A stretch of 64,000 bases of DNA. Source: Octopus bimaculoides. Its lineage: Eukaryota. Location: the NCBI RefSeq assembly GCF_001194135.2, contig NC_068991.1, forward strand, positions 41,161,571 to 41,225,570, read 5' to 3'. Position numbers and translations under genes: made by a program. Each line of letters starts with the position of its first letter. The first letter of the stretch is position 1. This document shows positions 13,796 through 25,379 of this stretch, one piece after another. The notes under the pieces were generated by a model. The model searched no databases. It had not been told where the DNA came from and saw only the letters and a program-made list of their open reading frames with translations.

Positions 13796-16700
13796 ATCAT
13801 TGCTGCTGCTGCTGCTGCCGCCGCCGCCGCCGCTGCCGCCGCCACCACCACCATCATCATGATGATGTTTAAACCACAAAAACTGTATTTACGCTGTTTA
13901 TATATATAGATTACACATTCACTTTCTGATCAAAAACATTTTATAATAACAGATGTATATATATACATACACACACACACACACACACACATGCATATAC
14001 TCAGAGCAATATAAATGAGGAAAATTAGCATCTAGTCAACAAACTGAAGCATCTTGGTATATTATTGAAAAGACTGTCGTTCATTCTACTCTACATCCAT
14101 GACCAAGTTACTTAACTTTCAATGGCTAAGGCCACCTAGTTGTAGACAGATATCAAATGTTAGTGCAGCTATTTGTATGCAATAGAAATACCATATAAAC
14201 AATATGTGATTTGTTGTTTGTTTACAATGCTGCATGCCTGTGCACATGATCACATGAACAGAAGTACATTCACACATGCATATTATTTTGATAATTGAAC
14301 AATGTTATATCATATGCACCAGTGCAATAAATAATGGCAATTATTTTGTCTTCTGAGGTCAGATATATATAAAACTATATAGATTATTTGCTCCATTTAA
14401 TTCAGGAATAAGTGGGAGGATGGGATTTGCGACTCATACATTTCTGAAAGATATTAGAAAAGTGAAATAGCTGCAACTGAGAATAAAACCTTGACTGCAG
14501 AGTCTGTTCTCTGTGAGCTCAGTCCCTACATGTTGATGCTCGCTATAAGTGCTATCTTACCCAAATTAAAGCAGGTTTCTTTGACAAAGTTGGTGTAAAT
14601 TAACAAGATACTCCTAACTAATTACTATGGGTTATTTGATAATTTTGGGTGATAAGAAGTGAATTAGGTTAGTATACCACCTTAAAATAAACGTAACAGT
14701 CATCTAAGTTGCAAAAACTTTTCAAAACTGGTACTAAGTTTCAATTTTTATTGTGTTATGTGCATAAGATAGATCTCTCTGAATGTAATACTAGTCTACA
14801 GTATATAACATGACCAAAAGATGTCATACCTATTCCTGATAGCTATATGAACAGCTTAAATTAAATGTACAGCCAAAATATGCTAAAAGAAATGACTGCT
14901 CTGGGAGAGAACTCATTTCTATGAGATGGTAATTTGCTCCTATACTCAGCCACTTTGCTTCTGCTTCACACACACACATTATATAAGCACACATGCACAC
15001 ACATTTATGTTTACTGATTTTCTCAGCAACAATATCAATCTTCTCAGTATCATTGTCAAATGCAAATACACCCTAATTTCTGTTAGACTTTTAAGAAGCC
15101 AATGTTTAACTCTGGTTTCATGACATTGAACGGATGACAGAAAAAAATCTTCCCATGAATAAAGTACTAGTCTATCACAAAGAACATTTACATATCCAGA
15201 TGATTCAGTACCAATTTCTCACAAATAGGTGGATGAAATCAATCTTTCTAGAAACATGAATTACCTACAACAGATTTGACCTCATAATATGTCAGTAGGT
15301 AGGCCAATATGCTATCCACTTGGTCAATCAGGACTACACATAGTTCATTACAAAATATATTTTCATATCTCACTATTCTATAAAATAACAGGTCACTTCT
15401 TCATTAGCGTTGAGATATTGGAAGTTTGTAAGAGATTCATAATTTCAGCTCTCAGTTTCACATCTGCTTCAGATTTTCCATCATTTCTTAATGGTCTTTA
15501 TATTAAGCTGCCTGGAACTTCTCTTGGTTCTAAAATACAAGTTTCCTAATTTAAAGTGATCTAAATTAAAAGTTTCCATCAAAATTTCATGTTAATTTAT
15601 GTTCCAAACAGCAGCTTAATAATGTCAAAGACGTTTGATAAATTCATAATTATTTTCAAAATAAAATCAAGCAAAAGCAGCGTATTTCAACAAAAATATG
15701 TAACAAAAAGTAGCAAGCTATCCACTTATTAGAGCAATAAAGGCTTGACCTTTGGTTGATAGAAAAAGTGGGACCTGTGTTTCTCAACCATGTAAAGCCA
15801 CTTAATCAACAGTGATAAATGGATTGGAAATAGAACTAAGAACTAGTTTTATAAGTGGGTTTAAAGAAATATTATTATTTCTTTTATTCCAACTAAGAAA
15901 TTGTACTGATGCATCTGGCTCTAATTCTAATGCCATCCCTGGATATATTATAGATTCATATTCTCTTTCATTGACATTTGCACATATACACACAAGCATT
16001 TACTAGTAAGATGAAAACTACTTCTGGTGCCCTGATAGTCAAACCATTTACAAGATTTTCAAGAGAAGGATACAACATGGTAGCTTTCCACTGTGACTTT
16101 TATGGCTAGAAAATGCTCCCAAAAGAGTTGTTAGCAATTTCTCACATTTGAGTGAAATGGTGCATGAAAAGATAAATTCATAATTAAAGAGGTGATAAGT
16201 AGTGCAGTCCTTCAATTTAGCTGGGGGGTTTTCTGCACTATTGTGCAGATGTGAAATAAATCTAAAATATATAATAATAGTTAAGAAATATCTAATCATA
16301 ATATGAAATATAAAAGATGTAGTTGTGGTGTAGACTACCTGCTATACTCCTGATGTCATTCAGTTCTTCATTAAATGATAACAAATGTATAGATACCTTC
16401 CATTTATAGCGTTTCATTGAGTTCTTACTTAATTTGAATTTTTCTATATTACTGATGTGTTCTTTGATTAATCCTCAAGGAATGAAAAGACAAAACTGAT
16501 TTTGGTTGGATTAGAACTAGTAGGTGTGAGATTAAATAATCCATTTAATTTTATTTAATTTGATGCTCTACTCTCTTGAACATAATCTTTGCATTTACAA
16601 AGAACTAATAATAATTATTTGTTTATAAGAAAGGTCAAGTGATAGAAAAGGGAGATGTAGCTGATTAACTAATCTCAAGAGATTACTGATTCATATCTTA

Positions 16701-18563
16701 TCAACTCCCCAAGAAGTATCAGAGGAAATTGATCCTGGTACTATTTTGAACTCAAAACTGGGAACAAGGAAACTATACACATTATGACATTTAGTCTAAT
16801 TCTCAAATATCTTACTACCTAATCTATTATTAAATACTAATGATATTAATGATTTCTTTGTTTAGGGAAATTTTACATTTTCTAAGTTACATAAGTTGCA
16901 TAGTTATGGGTTGCCCTTTGGCAAGGTAAAGCACCCATTCAGCCACTCTGCCATGGACATGGTGAAGTCATGGGACTACAGCATGGTGGATAGTGAAGAG
17001 GTAGCAGAAGAGCTCAACTTAGCTATTGGTGCTTCTTTCATTGAAGCTGAGCAGAGGAATCCTAGAAGATCAAGAGTCAGGATCACCAAGCTCTATCAAG
17101 AGAGTAGCTGCAATGCATCTATAGAGGCAGTCCATGGTTGTGTAACCAACCAATGAAAGATTCACTATGACTCAAGCTCCCAATTCAAATTTATAATAAT
17201 GGAATTAGATGCTGACAGAGAATCATAGGAATACGTGAAAGCAGTGTAACTGATCGACTGAAGTTACATAAAAACTTGTGACATTTTGAATTTCAAGCAG
17301 GACCATAATCTTAAATTTTTTTAATTTTCTCACATTGAAAATGTTGTTTATTATGTATGCTAAAAGAATGCAGAATCTCTAAAATCATCTATTCCAGCAT
17401 ATTTCGTTAGGTGGAAGATATAGAGAAAGCTTCTCTAGGTCAGAAGAATTGCAATAAATTGAAATTGCACAGTAACTGTACCTGAACCAGGCACAGTTAC
17501 TGTGCTTGGTTCAAAACTCAAAGCCTTGAGTATATTTATATGGATAACAGATTTATTAAAGCTAATAATATTATAAATACTGTACTCATACTGTACTCAA
17601 TAAACCCAGTTTTTAAAGATTTCTCAGTTTCTCAAAAAATAATAAAATAAAAATAAGATTTCATTGATCTTTGAATGAAAAAAAATTCTTATACTTTGTT
17701 TCATTTTCAAATAACAAAACTTTTTAACGAAGAATCTTTAACACTCTTGGTAACAACCAACATGATTCTTGATACAAACTTGATGTTTTAACGGGATCTA
17801 ATTTAAAACCTTCCATCAAAATTTCGTGTTCATTTATGTTCCAAAAATAAGCTTAATGAGGAATGGGTTATTTTACTAAAATCTTCATTATTTTCAAAAT
17901 CAATTGGAACAAAGGCAGAGTGTTTCAACAGAAATATGGTAATGAAAGTGTTAAATTTCTGATAAAGGTTTCTGCTGATGGTTTTGTAATAAAACTCCAT
18001 TATTATTTGCAATTAGAACCATCATTATAGTTTTGGAGGCCAATGGAATGACAGAGAAATGGAGAAAATATCTTGCAGTATTTATTTTCAATCCCTAGTT
18101 ACATTCTGAAGTTCAAATCCTGCAGGATCAACTTATACTTTTCAAAAGAATGAATGATTGAGTACTTGTCAAGGAAATATATTTATTCAACTATATCCTT
18201 CCCCTAAAATGTATGGCCTTGTGCTTATATTAGAGTCAATTATTTTCATAATTATAATTTGTAAAAAGCACTGGAATGGTATATACAGTTGAACACTGAA
18301 CAAAATACCTCAGTTAAATCCATGAAATTCTGAATTAAAATTACACCAAGATTCAGTCTACATACCAGTTATAAACTGTGATTGATTCTGTCACTTGGTT
18401 CTCTTGTTAATTTGTGGTTTGGTGTCAATGAGAAATCATCATCAACATTATTTCAATTATTGTTTTATAGTTTACACATGTATATCTAAATCCCCACTGT
18501 CCTTTGTATATGTAAATCCTTATTGTTCTAAATGCCTTTTTCACTGCTGTAGCCAATAAAGGA

Positions 18564-18599
<36 letters not shown>

Positions 18600-19682
18600 T
18601 ATAGTAGTATTAGTAGAAGTAGTGGTTGTAGTAGACAGTAATCTTGTGTATTGCAAACCATGGCCTAAAGATAGCACTTAAGAATTTGCCAACATTGCCT
18701 GGGACACAAGACTGTCAGATTCATGCATGATAAAATTGTGACTTTTATATTAAAAACAAACAAATAAATAAATAAAAACTGTAGATGTTCATAAAGAGAA
18801 AAAGAAAAAAAAAAACAAGGATTATCATATTTTCGCTCTATGCATGTCATCATCAAAAAAGAGAAATTTCAACAATTAAATTTTGAGAAATATTAACAAA
18901 ATTAATTCCTATAACAAATTACAGACCATTAACTCCAGTGATTTTCATAATTGTTTGCTTGTTTGCCAGGTCTGTAATTGGTTTTGATTACTGCTTGCAA
19001 GATCATTAAAAAAAGTGTAAATTAATTTGATAATAAGTAAAAATAATAATAGTAAAACAAAAATGGTTCATTATTATTTATAGTCATGTGATCAAAAGTC
19101 AGAAATAGCTCTTGATTCTCAAAGATGTTACTGCTTTGTTTTCTTTCATTCTTTTTTGTTTTGTTCTGTTTTTTCACTTTGGCTGAGATGTATTAATTAA
19201 TGTCAATAGAATCCAAATGAGTTCTACAAATGACTGTTTGTCATGGGAGAGGACAAGGTCATTTGTTAAACTTTAATAATAAAGATTGTGGTGAGGATGT
19301 TTGAGTCATTCCTTGTTTTATAAATCGACCAGTAGGCCAATGGGGATTGTACATGTACAGAGATTCCTGTCTAAATACAGGCATTTGGTAATTTGATATA
19401 ATATAAACAATTTCTGACCAAAGATTAACAATTTCTTTCATTGATACTAGTCCATAAATTCATAGTTGATGACTATAGCCAATTAAATCAATTTCTATTC
19501 ATGCATAGTAACTATTTATTGACCCCAGAAAGGTGGAAAGCAAAATGAATACTGAAAGAATTTGAATTAAGATTGCAGAAGTCAGTATTTATTTTAGTTA
19601 ATACAGTTCTATATTTAAGAGATGAGGAATTATGTACATTATTTACATTTGACGGATATTTGTCCTCATCTTGTTTGTTGTT

Positions 19683-19724
19683 AAACCAACGTTTTGGCTG
19701 ATATACCCTCCAGCCTTCATCAGG

Positions 19725-19726
<2 letters not shown>
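19683..19726 (-). ncRNA. Hammerhead ribozyme motif, decayed copy
   Basis: Minus strand CAC-CTGATGA-A-GGCTG..CAGCC-AAAA-CGTT-GGTTT. Confidence 0.55.
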
Positions 19727-19785
<59 letters not shown>

Positions 19786-19844
19786 TAACAACAACAACAT
19801 CAAAATACCTTAGGAATTAGAACCCAGGTTCAAAATTTCCCCAA

Positions 19845-19890
19845 AACACCTGATGAAGGCTGGAGAGTATATCAGCCGAAACATTGTGTT
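19845..19890 (+). ncRNA. Minimal type I hammerhead ribozyme motif (Penelope/retrozyme type), best-preserved copy
   Basis: AACAC-CTGATGA-A-GGCTG(gagagtatat)CAGCC-GAAA-CATT-GTGTT: catalytic core, stem II GGCTG/CAGCC, stem I ACAC/GTGT. The consensus palindrome ACGT is mutated to ACAT in this copy. Confidence 0.7.
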
Positions 19891-20060
19891 AACAACAAAC
19901 AAGATGAGGACAAATATCCATCAAATGTAGACAATGTAAATTTATTTTAGTGTTCTACTATTTTTGCCACTCCAATAACTGGTGGCCAACAAATAATATG
20001 CTTAAAAGATATTTAAAAATTTGAAATTAGATTTATTTAATTTTAATTTATCTTTATTAA

Positions 20061-20280
20061 CCCTTCGTTAGCATATTTCTGCTAAAATATGATGCCTTTG
20101 TTTCAAACTGATTTTGAAAATAAGGAAGAATTTAGTAAAATATCTGTCATTATTAAGCTACTGTTTGGAACATAAATTAATACAGAATTTTGATAGGAAG
20201 TTTCAATTTAGATCATTTTGAAACAGGAAATTTATATCATAGAACCAAGGGTGGTCTCTGGTAGCTTGGCATCAAAAGGG
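20061..20280. mobile_element. piggyBac-type MITE
   Basis: TTAA|CCCTT ... AAGGG|TTAA. Related decayed copies lie at about 15500-15700 and 17740-17955. Confidence 0.75.
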
Positions 20281-20616
20281 TTAATAGTGATTTTTTTTTT
20301 GAAAAGACAGGAAGCTGTTTACCTTTTTAATTGGGGAGAAGGTACAGTTGATGGAATATATTAATGTTAGTTATTTTTCGGTCCTAAAGAAATGAAAGGT
20401 AAATCAATCCCAGAAAGATTTGAACTCAAAAAAAAGCGAGAAACTAAGTAATACATGACATTCAGCCAACTCACCAATCTTTATTATTATTTAAAATATA
20501 TATTTTCATGTTTTATTTATTTGTTTTCATCTCTATTTGATATTTCTTGATTAGTCAGCAACACGTTAGTGTAACAAGTTAGAGTAACCAATACATTAAC
20601 TTGGATCAAAGCAAAT

Positions 20617-20788
20617 TTAAAAACCATTTCTCTCATTTGAGGTAGTTGTATTATCTTCCTTACTTGCTGGTTTATGCATGGTCCAAATGCAAGTTTGACC
20701 AACGCCGGCCATGCCTACCATGGAGTAACCTTTTGTTTCCAATTTATTCAGAACGGTTCTTGGAGGATCTGGGGTTCGGTATTCAATG
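20617..20788 (-). CDS. GCHFR: GFRP coding exon 3 (terminal)
   Basis: tttttaattgcag|C ATT GAA TAC... = (Y)IEYRTPDPPRTVLNKLETKGYSMVGMAGVGQTCIWTMHKPASKEDNTTTSNERNGF*. The DPPR.VL.KLE..G and GVGQT..W..HK motifs are present, the phase fits exon 2, and an AATAAA lies about 100 nt downstream of the stop. Confidence 0.96.
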
Positions 20789-22029
20789 CTGCAATTAAAA
20801 AAAAAACTTTCCATTTTCATTTCAATATTAACAATATTTAAGGCAGAATCATTACCACCCAGGCCAAAATGATTTTGTCTGTTCTTACATTCTGAGTTCA
20901 AATTCCGTAGAGGTTGACATCCTTTTGGGGATCGACAAAATTAGTACCAGTTGAGTACTGGGGTCAATGTAATCGACTAGCTCTTCCCCATAACTTGCTG
21001 ATCTTGTGCTAAAATTTGAAACCAATATTAACATCTTGTCAGGGGAGAATATTATTGATTCTTATTTTAATGATCCCATATGAATGAAGGACAAAGTCAA
21101 CCTAAACAAGATTTAAATTCAGAACTGAGAAGAATGAAAATGTATGAATGCATAGTATAGCTATGTACATCATTATTTATTAAATCATCCATTTATGATT
21201 AACAGCTGTTATTATATTATTGCACAGTTTAAGCACAAGACCTGTGAACCAAGCAACCAACACTTTAGAGGGTCAGTCACATTGATTCTTCACTAGGTTT
21301 TTAATCAACTTGATGCCATCAAAAGAAATATGAAATCATTATTTAAAAAAAATAATTATATAAAATTTAACTACTATAAAGTTATTATTTCAAAATCAAT
21401 AAATCTAAACATAAAATTTCCAAATTTTTATATATTCTTTGATCTAGTGCTTTTATAACAAAGTACTTTTCCTTTGATAAAGTTACCAATTATGAATACA
21501 ATGAATTACGTTTTTAATGCAAACTTCTCATGGTTCTGACACAATATTAATTTCAGTAAATGCATTTATAAATAACTGCAACATAAGATATTTGGGTGCT
21601 AAAGAAAAATGTATTGGCCCAATCTATGATTCACTGAAGTATAGACAGAAAAACTGACCAAACATATTTACAGATTTGATTCTTGAATGCTTAGAATCCA
21701 TCTTCAAAAAAAGCTCAATGCCATTAGAAAGATCTTCAATGCAGTAATTAAACTAGAAAATATGGAAAAGTCTTCAGGTGGCTAATACAACACAGGGGGA
21801 ACTATTTTGGACATAGTTTCTGGTAAGTTTGCCTTTTCACTTAATTTAGACAAAAATTGGCATGATGATTTCAAAACTACAGTTAATTTTCTTCTATCAT
21901 GTCGAGTTTTTTTCTTCCTTAGCTTACTCTTTGAATAAGCACAATTGTATTGTTTGTCTGTAAGCAGTAGAACTGGTCAGCTCTTTTTATTATTCTATTG
22001 ATAACACTGGGGAACATTTTTGAAACACA

Positions 22030-22790
22030 TTTTAAATGATCTTGCTTTTTGCAATTAATCCTACCTAATTTGGTGGTGATGGGTTCAGAAATGCCTTCAG
22101 AAAATTTCTATCACATCAAGTTTTTGGTTAAAAAAGTATTTTGCCATTGAATGCAATACTGAAATAAGAAGCTGACACAAACCAAATAGCACTTTTTATA
22201 GTTTAACAAATATGTTACACAAAATGTTTAATTACACATCTTAGGGTAGATATTTCTGTCAAACTGGAGTTTCAGCTACTCAAAGAATGAACTTTGTCTT
22301 TGCTGCTTTATGTGAATAAACTGCATCATGATGGTCTCTTTGCTGTGACCTGCATTAGACAACATAATGTTGGTATTCCACTTGCTTTGATACTTAGTCT
22401 CCATGTTCTTGATGTCGTGGTTGAATCTTTCTCCTTGCTCATCGCTTATTGCCTTATGATTTTCAAGGAAGTAGTCCTGATGAAATGCACATTTATACTC
22501 ATGTTGCAGCCCAGTGCTTGAAAACTGGTTAACAGGGTCTGCACAAGATCTTCATAATTTGATGGCTGCCTGTTTCCCAGGAAATCAGACACAACTGCAG
22601 CAAAAGCATTCTATGCTTCTTTTTCAATGCCAGACATGGTCTCCAAAAATAGTTCATCCTGCAACAGCCACTTAATATGTGGCCCATCAAACACATCAGT
22701 CTTAATTTCCTCACAAGACAAAACTGGAAACTTTCTGCTTAAGTATTTGAAGCAGTTACTGTCTCAGTGTTTCAACACATGTTTTGCACA
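22030..22790 (-). mobile_element. Chapaev3 (CMC) DNA transposon remnant, transposase C-terminus and subterminal region
   Basis: Minus strand CFKYLSRKFPVLSCEEIKTDVFDGPHIKWLLQDELF...AFAAVVSDFLGNRQPSNYEDLVQTLLTSFQALGCNMSINVHFI matches the Chapaev3 GPQIR/FLGN/LGCNMSLKIHFL block. The subterminal motif AAAACTTGATGTGATAG is present. Confidence 0.8.
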
Positions 22791-22904
22791 CCATGTGGGG
22801 TGTCCAGACTTTGTCTTGCCATCCAGTTTCATGCTAAAGTAAGGAATTAAGGTAAGCTTTCTTCACAAAATGTGTGATTTTGTTTCACTACCTAATCCAC
22901 AAAT

Positions 22905-23316
22905 AAGCAGAAGACCCAGGAAGACATGGAATAAGGTGGTGAAGCATGATCTTTGGATGTTGGGTCTCACGGAGGTGATGACAAATGATTGAGACCTTTG
23001 GTGATTTGCTGTGCTTGAGAAGACTTGTCAAGCCAAATGAAACTGTAGTCATGGACAGTGCCAGTGACACATAAAAGGCACCCATGCCAGTGACATGTAA
23101 TAAGCACCTGTGCTGGTGACACATAAAAGGCACTTATGCTAGCGATACGTAAAAGGCATCCACTACACTCTCGGAGTGATTGGTTTTAAGAAAGGCATCC
23201 AGTTGTAGAAACCATGCCAAAATCAGGCTGGAGCTTGGTACAGCTCCCCGGCTTACCAGTTCTAGTCAAACCATCTAACCCATGCTAGTATGGAAAAAAG
23301 ACATTAAATGATGATG
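22905..23316 (+). mobile_element. RTE LINE 3' end (ORF tail, tandem 3' UTR repeats, (GAT)n tail)
   Basis: RRPRKTWNKVVKHDL..LGLTE.MT, then short tandem gtgacacataaaaggcac repeats, ggcatccagttgtagaaacc and (ATG)n. Confidence 0.85.
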
Positions 23317-24182
23317 ATGATAATACTTTATCAAATAAAAATATGTTTTTAAATACATGCAATCATTAATATCCTCGAGTTCTGTTTTTTATTTGAGCAA
23401 TAATTTCTGGGTAATAAATAAGGAGAGAAAAAAATGTCAGAATTTATGTCAATGTCAATCTACTGTATTCAATCACAGCCCCAAGAGAATTATATAAATA
23501 GGAACTGTAAATATATAGCTTACTGCCATATTTGTTTATTTACAACATAAAAAGAGGTGCAGTTAACAGGTTGTCAACTAAATGACTAACAAAATAATCT
23601 ATTGGAAGCCTCTACATACTAGCTTGACTTATTAGAAATGACAACCAAATCACATCCTACTGTGGGAAGAACATACTGAATAATGAAGTCTTAGATAAAC
23701 AGTCTAAAAAGATGGTTACAACTGAAATACTTTTGCCCATAGAAATGCTGGGTTCAACTAACCTGGGGCCATACAACAACAACAGATGAGAAGTCATCAG
23801 TTTGTATACAGCCATTCGATCTATTTAATCTTGGTTGATGCACTTAATATTCAAAGGTTCAATACTGATTTCTATCTTCTTGTAGGGCAGGAACAGTAAT
23901 AGAAGACCACATGTCTGTTCACTCAATCTTGATTTATTAATAAAAATGAATTCTTAAAAGGTTCTCTAACAGCTAAAAAGGTTACAGAATTCACTAAAAT
24001 CTTAAGATTGTGGATGGACTTTCATACTTCAATATCTAAACTTTCAAGTTAAATTTCTTTTACTAGACAATTTTCATTTCAACTGTAAACTTACAGTCTG
24101 ATTGTAAGAAACACTCCTCATGGTTCTTAGAATATGATCGTGAAATATAGCTTCTTAAAATAAATATAAACTGATTACTTAC

Positions 24183-24277
24183 TAGTTAGTGCCAAGCTCT
24201 TTGCATAGACTAGCTCCAAGATATTCCATCAACTCCACATCATTCCATTCGTCTCCAACCATTGTTGGTCCATTTTC
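24183..24277 (-). CDS. GCHFR: GFRP coding exon 2
   Basis: ctttcag|GAAAATGGACCA...ACTAACTA|gtaagt, 95 nt, = ENGPTMVGDEWNDVELMEYLGASLCKELGTN(Y). Matches the GFRP motif GPTMVGDE..D.ELM..LGAS. Phase 0 in, phase 2 out. Confidence 0.96.
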
Positions 24278-24377
24278 CTGAAAGATATAAACTTAAAAGT
24301 CAGAAATATTTTGCACAGGACTGTTTCATAGCCTTAAATCAAGGAAAGTAAATTATCCTTCCAAAATAATTTGCATA

Positions 24378-24750
24378 TATAGAGTGTCAGCTGAAAAGTT
24401 TGTAGGCTGGCCAAGGCACTCTCATGGAATGTCACCAAATGAGATTAATTTTCCAACATAGTCCCCTTTGTGGTCCACACACTTTTTCCATCAATGTTGC
24501 AGTCCTTGGATCCTGTTTCATCCTGTTGCTCAAACAAGCCATCAACAACAGATATTACATCATCATCACTGGGATACAGGTTCTCAACCAAATGTTTTTT
24601 CATTTTGGGGAAAAGTAGTCAGATGGGGCCAAATCAGGAGAATAGGGAGGGTGATTGAGTAGTTCAAAGTCACAGTCATGCACAGCAGCCATTGAAATCA
24701 AGGACTTGTGTACTGGAACATTGTACTTGTGAAACAAGACACTCCCTAGA
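24378..24750 (-). mobile_element. mariner remnant, transposase C-terminus and TIR
   Basis: Minus strand HDCDFELLNHPPYSPDLAPSDY..PKMKKHL...WKKCVDHKGDYV (YSPDLAPSD motif). It ends about 100 bp from the GCHFR exon 2 acceptor. Confidence 0.85.
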
Positions 24751-24864
24751 CACAAGAAAATTTGTTTTAATACATGAATTCACATAAAAATTCTTGCAAA
24801 CAAGATACAAAAAAATGAAGTAAAAAGTATAATAATGACCTCACTAAAGTCATAATACATTTAA

Positions 24865-25084
24865 CCTTTTAGCATTTAAGCCGGCCATAACTGATCCAAT
24901 ATTTCTACCTGCTTTATATTCAAACTGGTTTGATCTGGCTTCTCACACCTAGCCTAAAATGTAATTCTAAACATAAATGTTCACATCACTGAAATCTCAA
25001 AGCTATGAGATAAAGCATGATTAATTGAAAACAATGTGAATAAATAAACATTACATTTGATAGAGTAATCTGAATACTAAAGGG
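24865..25084. mobile_element. piggyBac-type MITE, second family
   Basis: TTAA|CCTTTTAGCATT ... AATACTAAAGGG|TTAA. An inverted sibling lies at 34995-35187. Confidence 0.75.
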
Positions 25085-25147
25085 TTAATCTATGTTCAAT
25101 GACATCATTATAAACTATATAATTTCATCAGTTACAACTCTCCTTAA

Positions 25148-25379
25148 CCCTTGGAGATGGACAGGGCTGATCTATCAGCTGAAAAATTGAACGACAAAAA
25201 AAGATTGTATTAGTTCATTCAATTTCCTACAAAAATATATGTAGTTTTATATATGTAAAGCAAGTGCTTTATTTTTTATAATTAAAAAAAAAAAAATAAG
25301 TGTGTCCTTTGTAGGGCTTGTGAAACAGGCTCTGTCTTCTTGGCACTGAAACTCCAAATGAGACTCCATCTCCAAAGGG
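25148..25379. mobile_element. piggyBac-type MITE, third family
   Basis: TTAA|CCCTTGGAGATGGA ... TCCATCTCCAAAGGG|TTAA. Confidence 0.75.

Larger units (their letters stand above)
19599..19939. mobile_element. Second, internally deleted palindromic copy of the same element
   Basis: Same arms and same end asymmetry as 28333-28848. The tRNA heads are lost and the arms are joined at (AAT)n. It is flanked by the 12-bp direct repeat ATTTATTTTAGT (19587-19598, 19940-19951). Confidence 0.85.

Noticed and set aside
13790-13866. Compound CAT/TGC/CGC/CAC trinucleotide run that would encode poly-Ala
   Set aside because: There is no surrounding ORF or splice sites; it is a slippage-derived compound microsatellite.
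16896-17156. 86-aa GC-richer ORF
   Set aside because: It has no recognisable motif and is probably an unclassified repeat fragment.
17467-17505. 18-bp-arm hairpin
   Set aside because: It is short and built from an internally palindromic unit, and there is no terminator context in a eukaryote; it is likely a small local duplication.
1-20600. Search for DNAJC17, the other human neighbour of GCHFR
   Set aside because: I found no J-domain (HPD) or RRM-like exon by eye on the plus strand, so synteny is not claimed beyond the RMDN-like gene.
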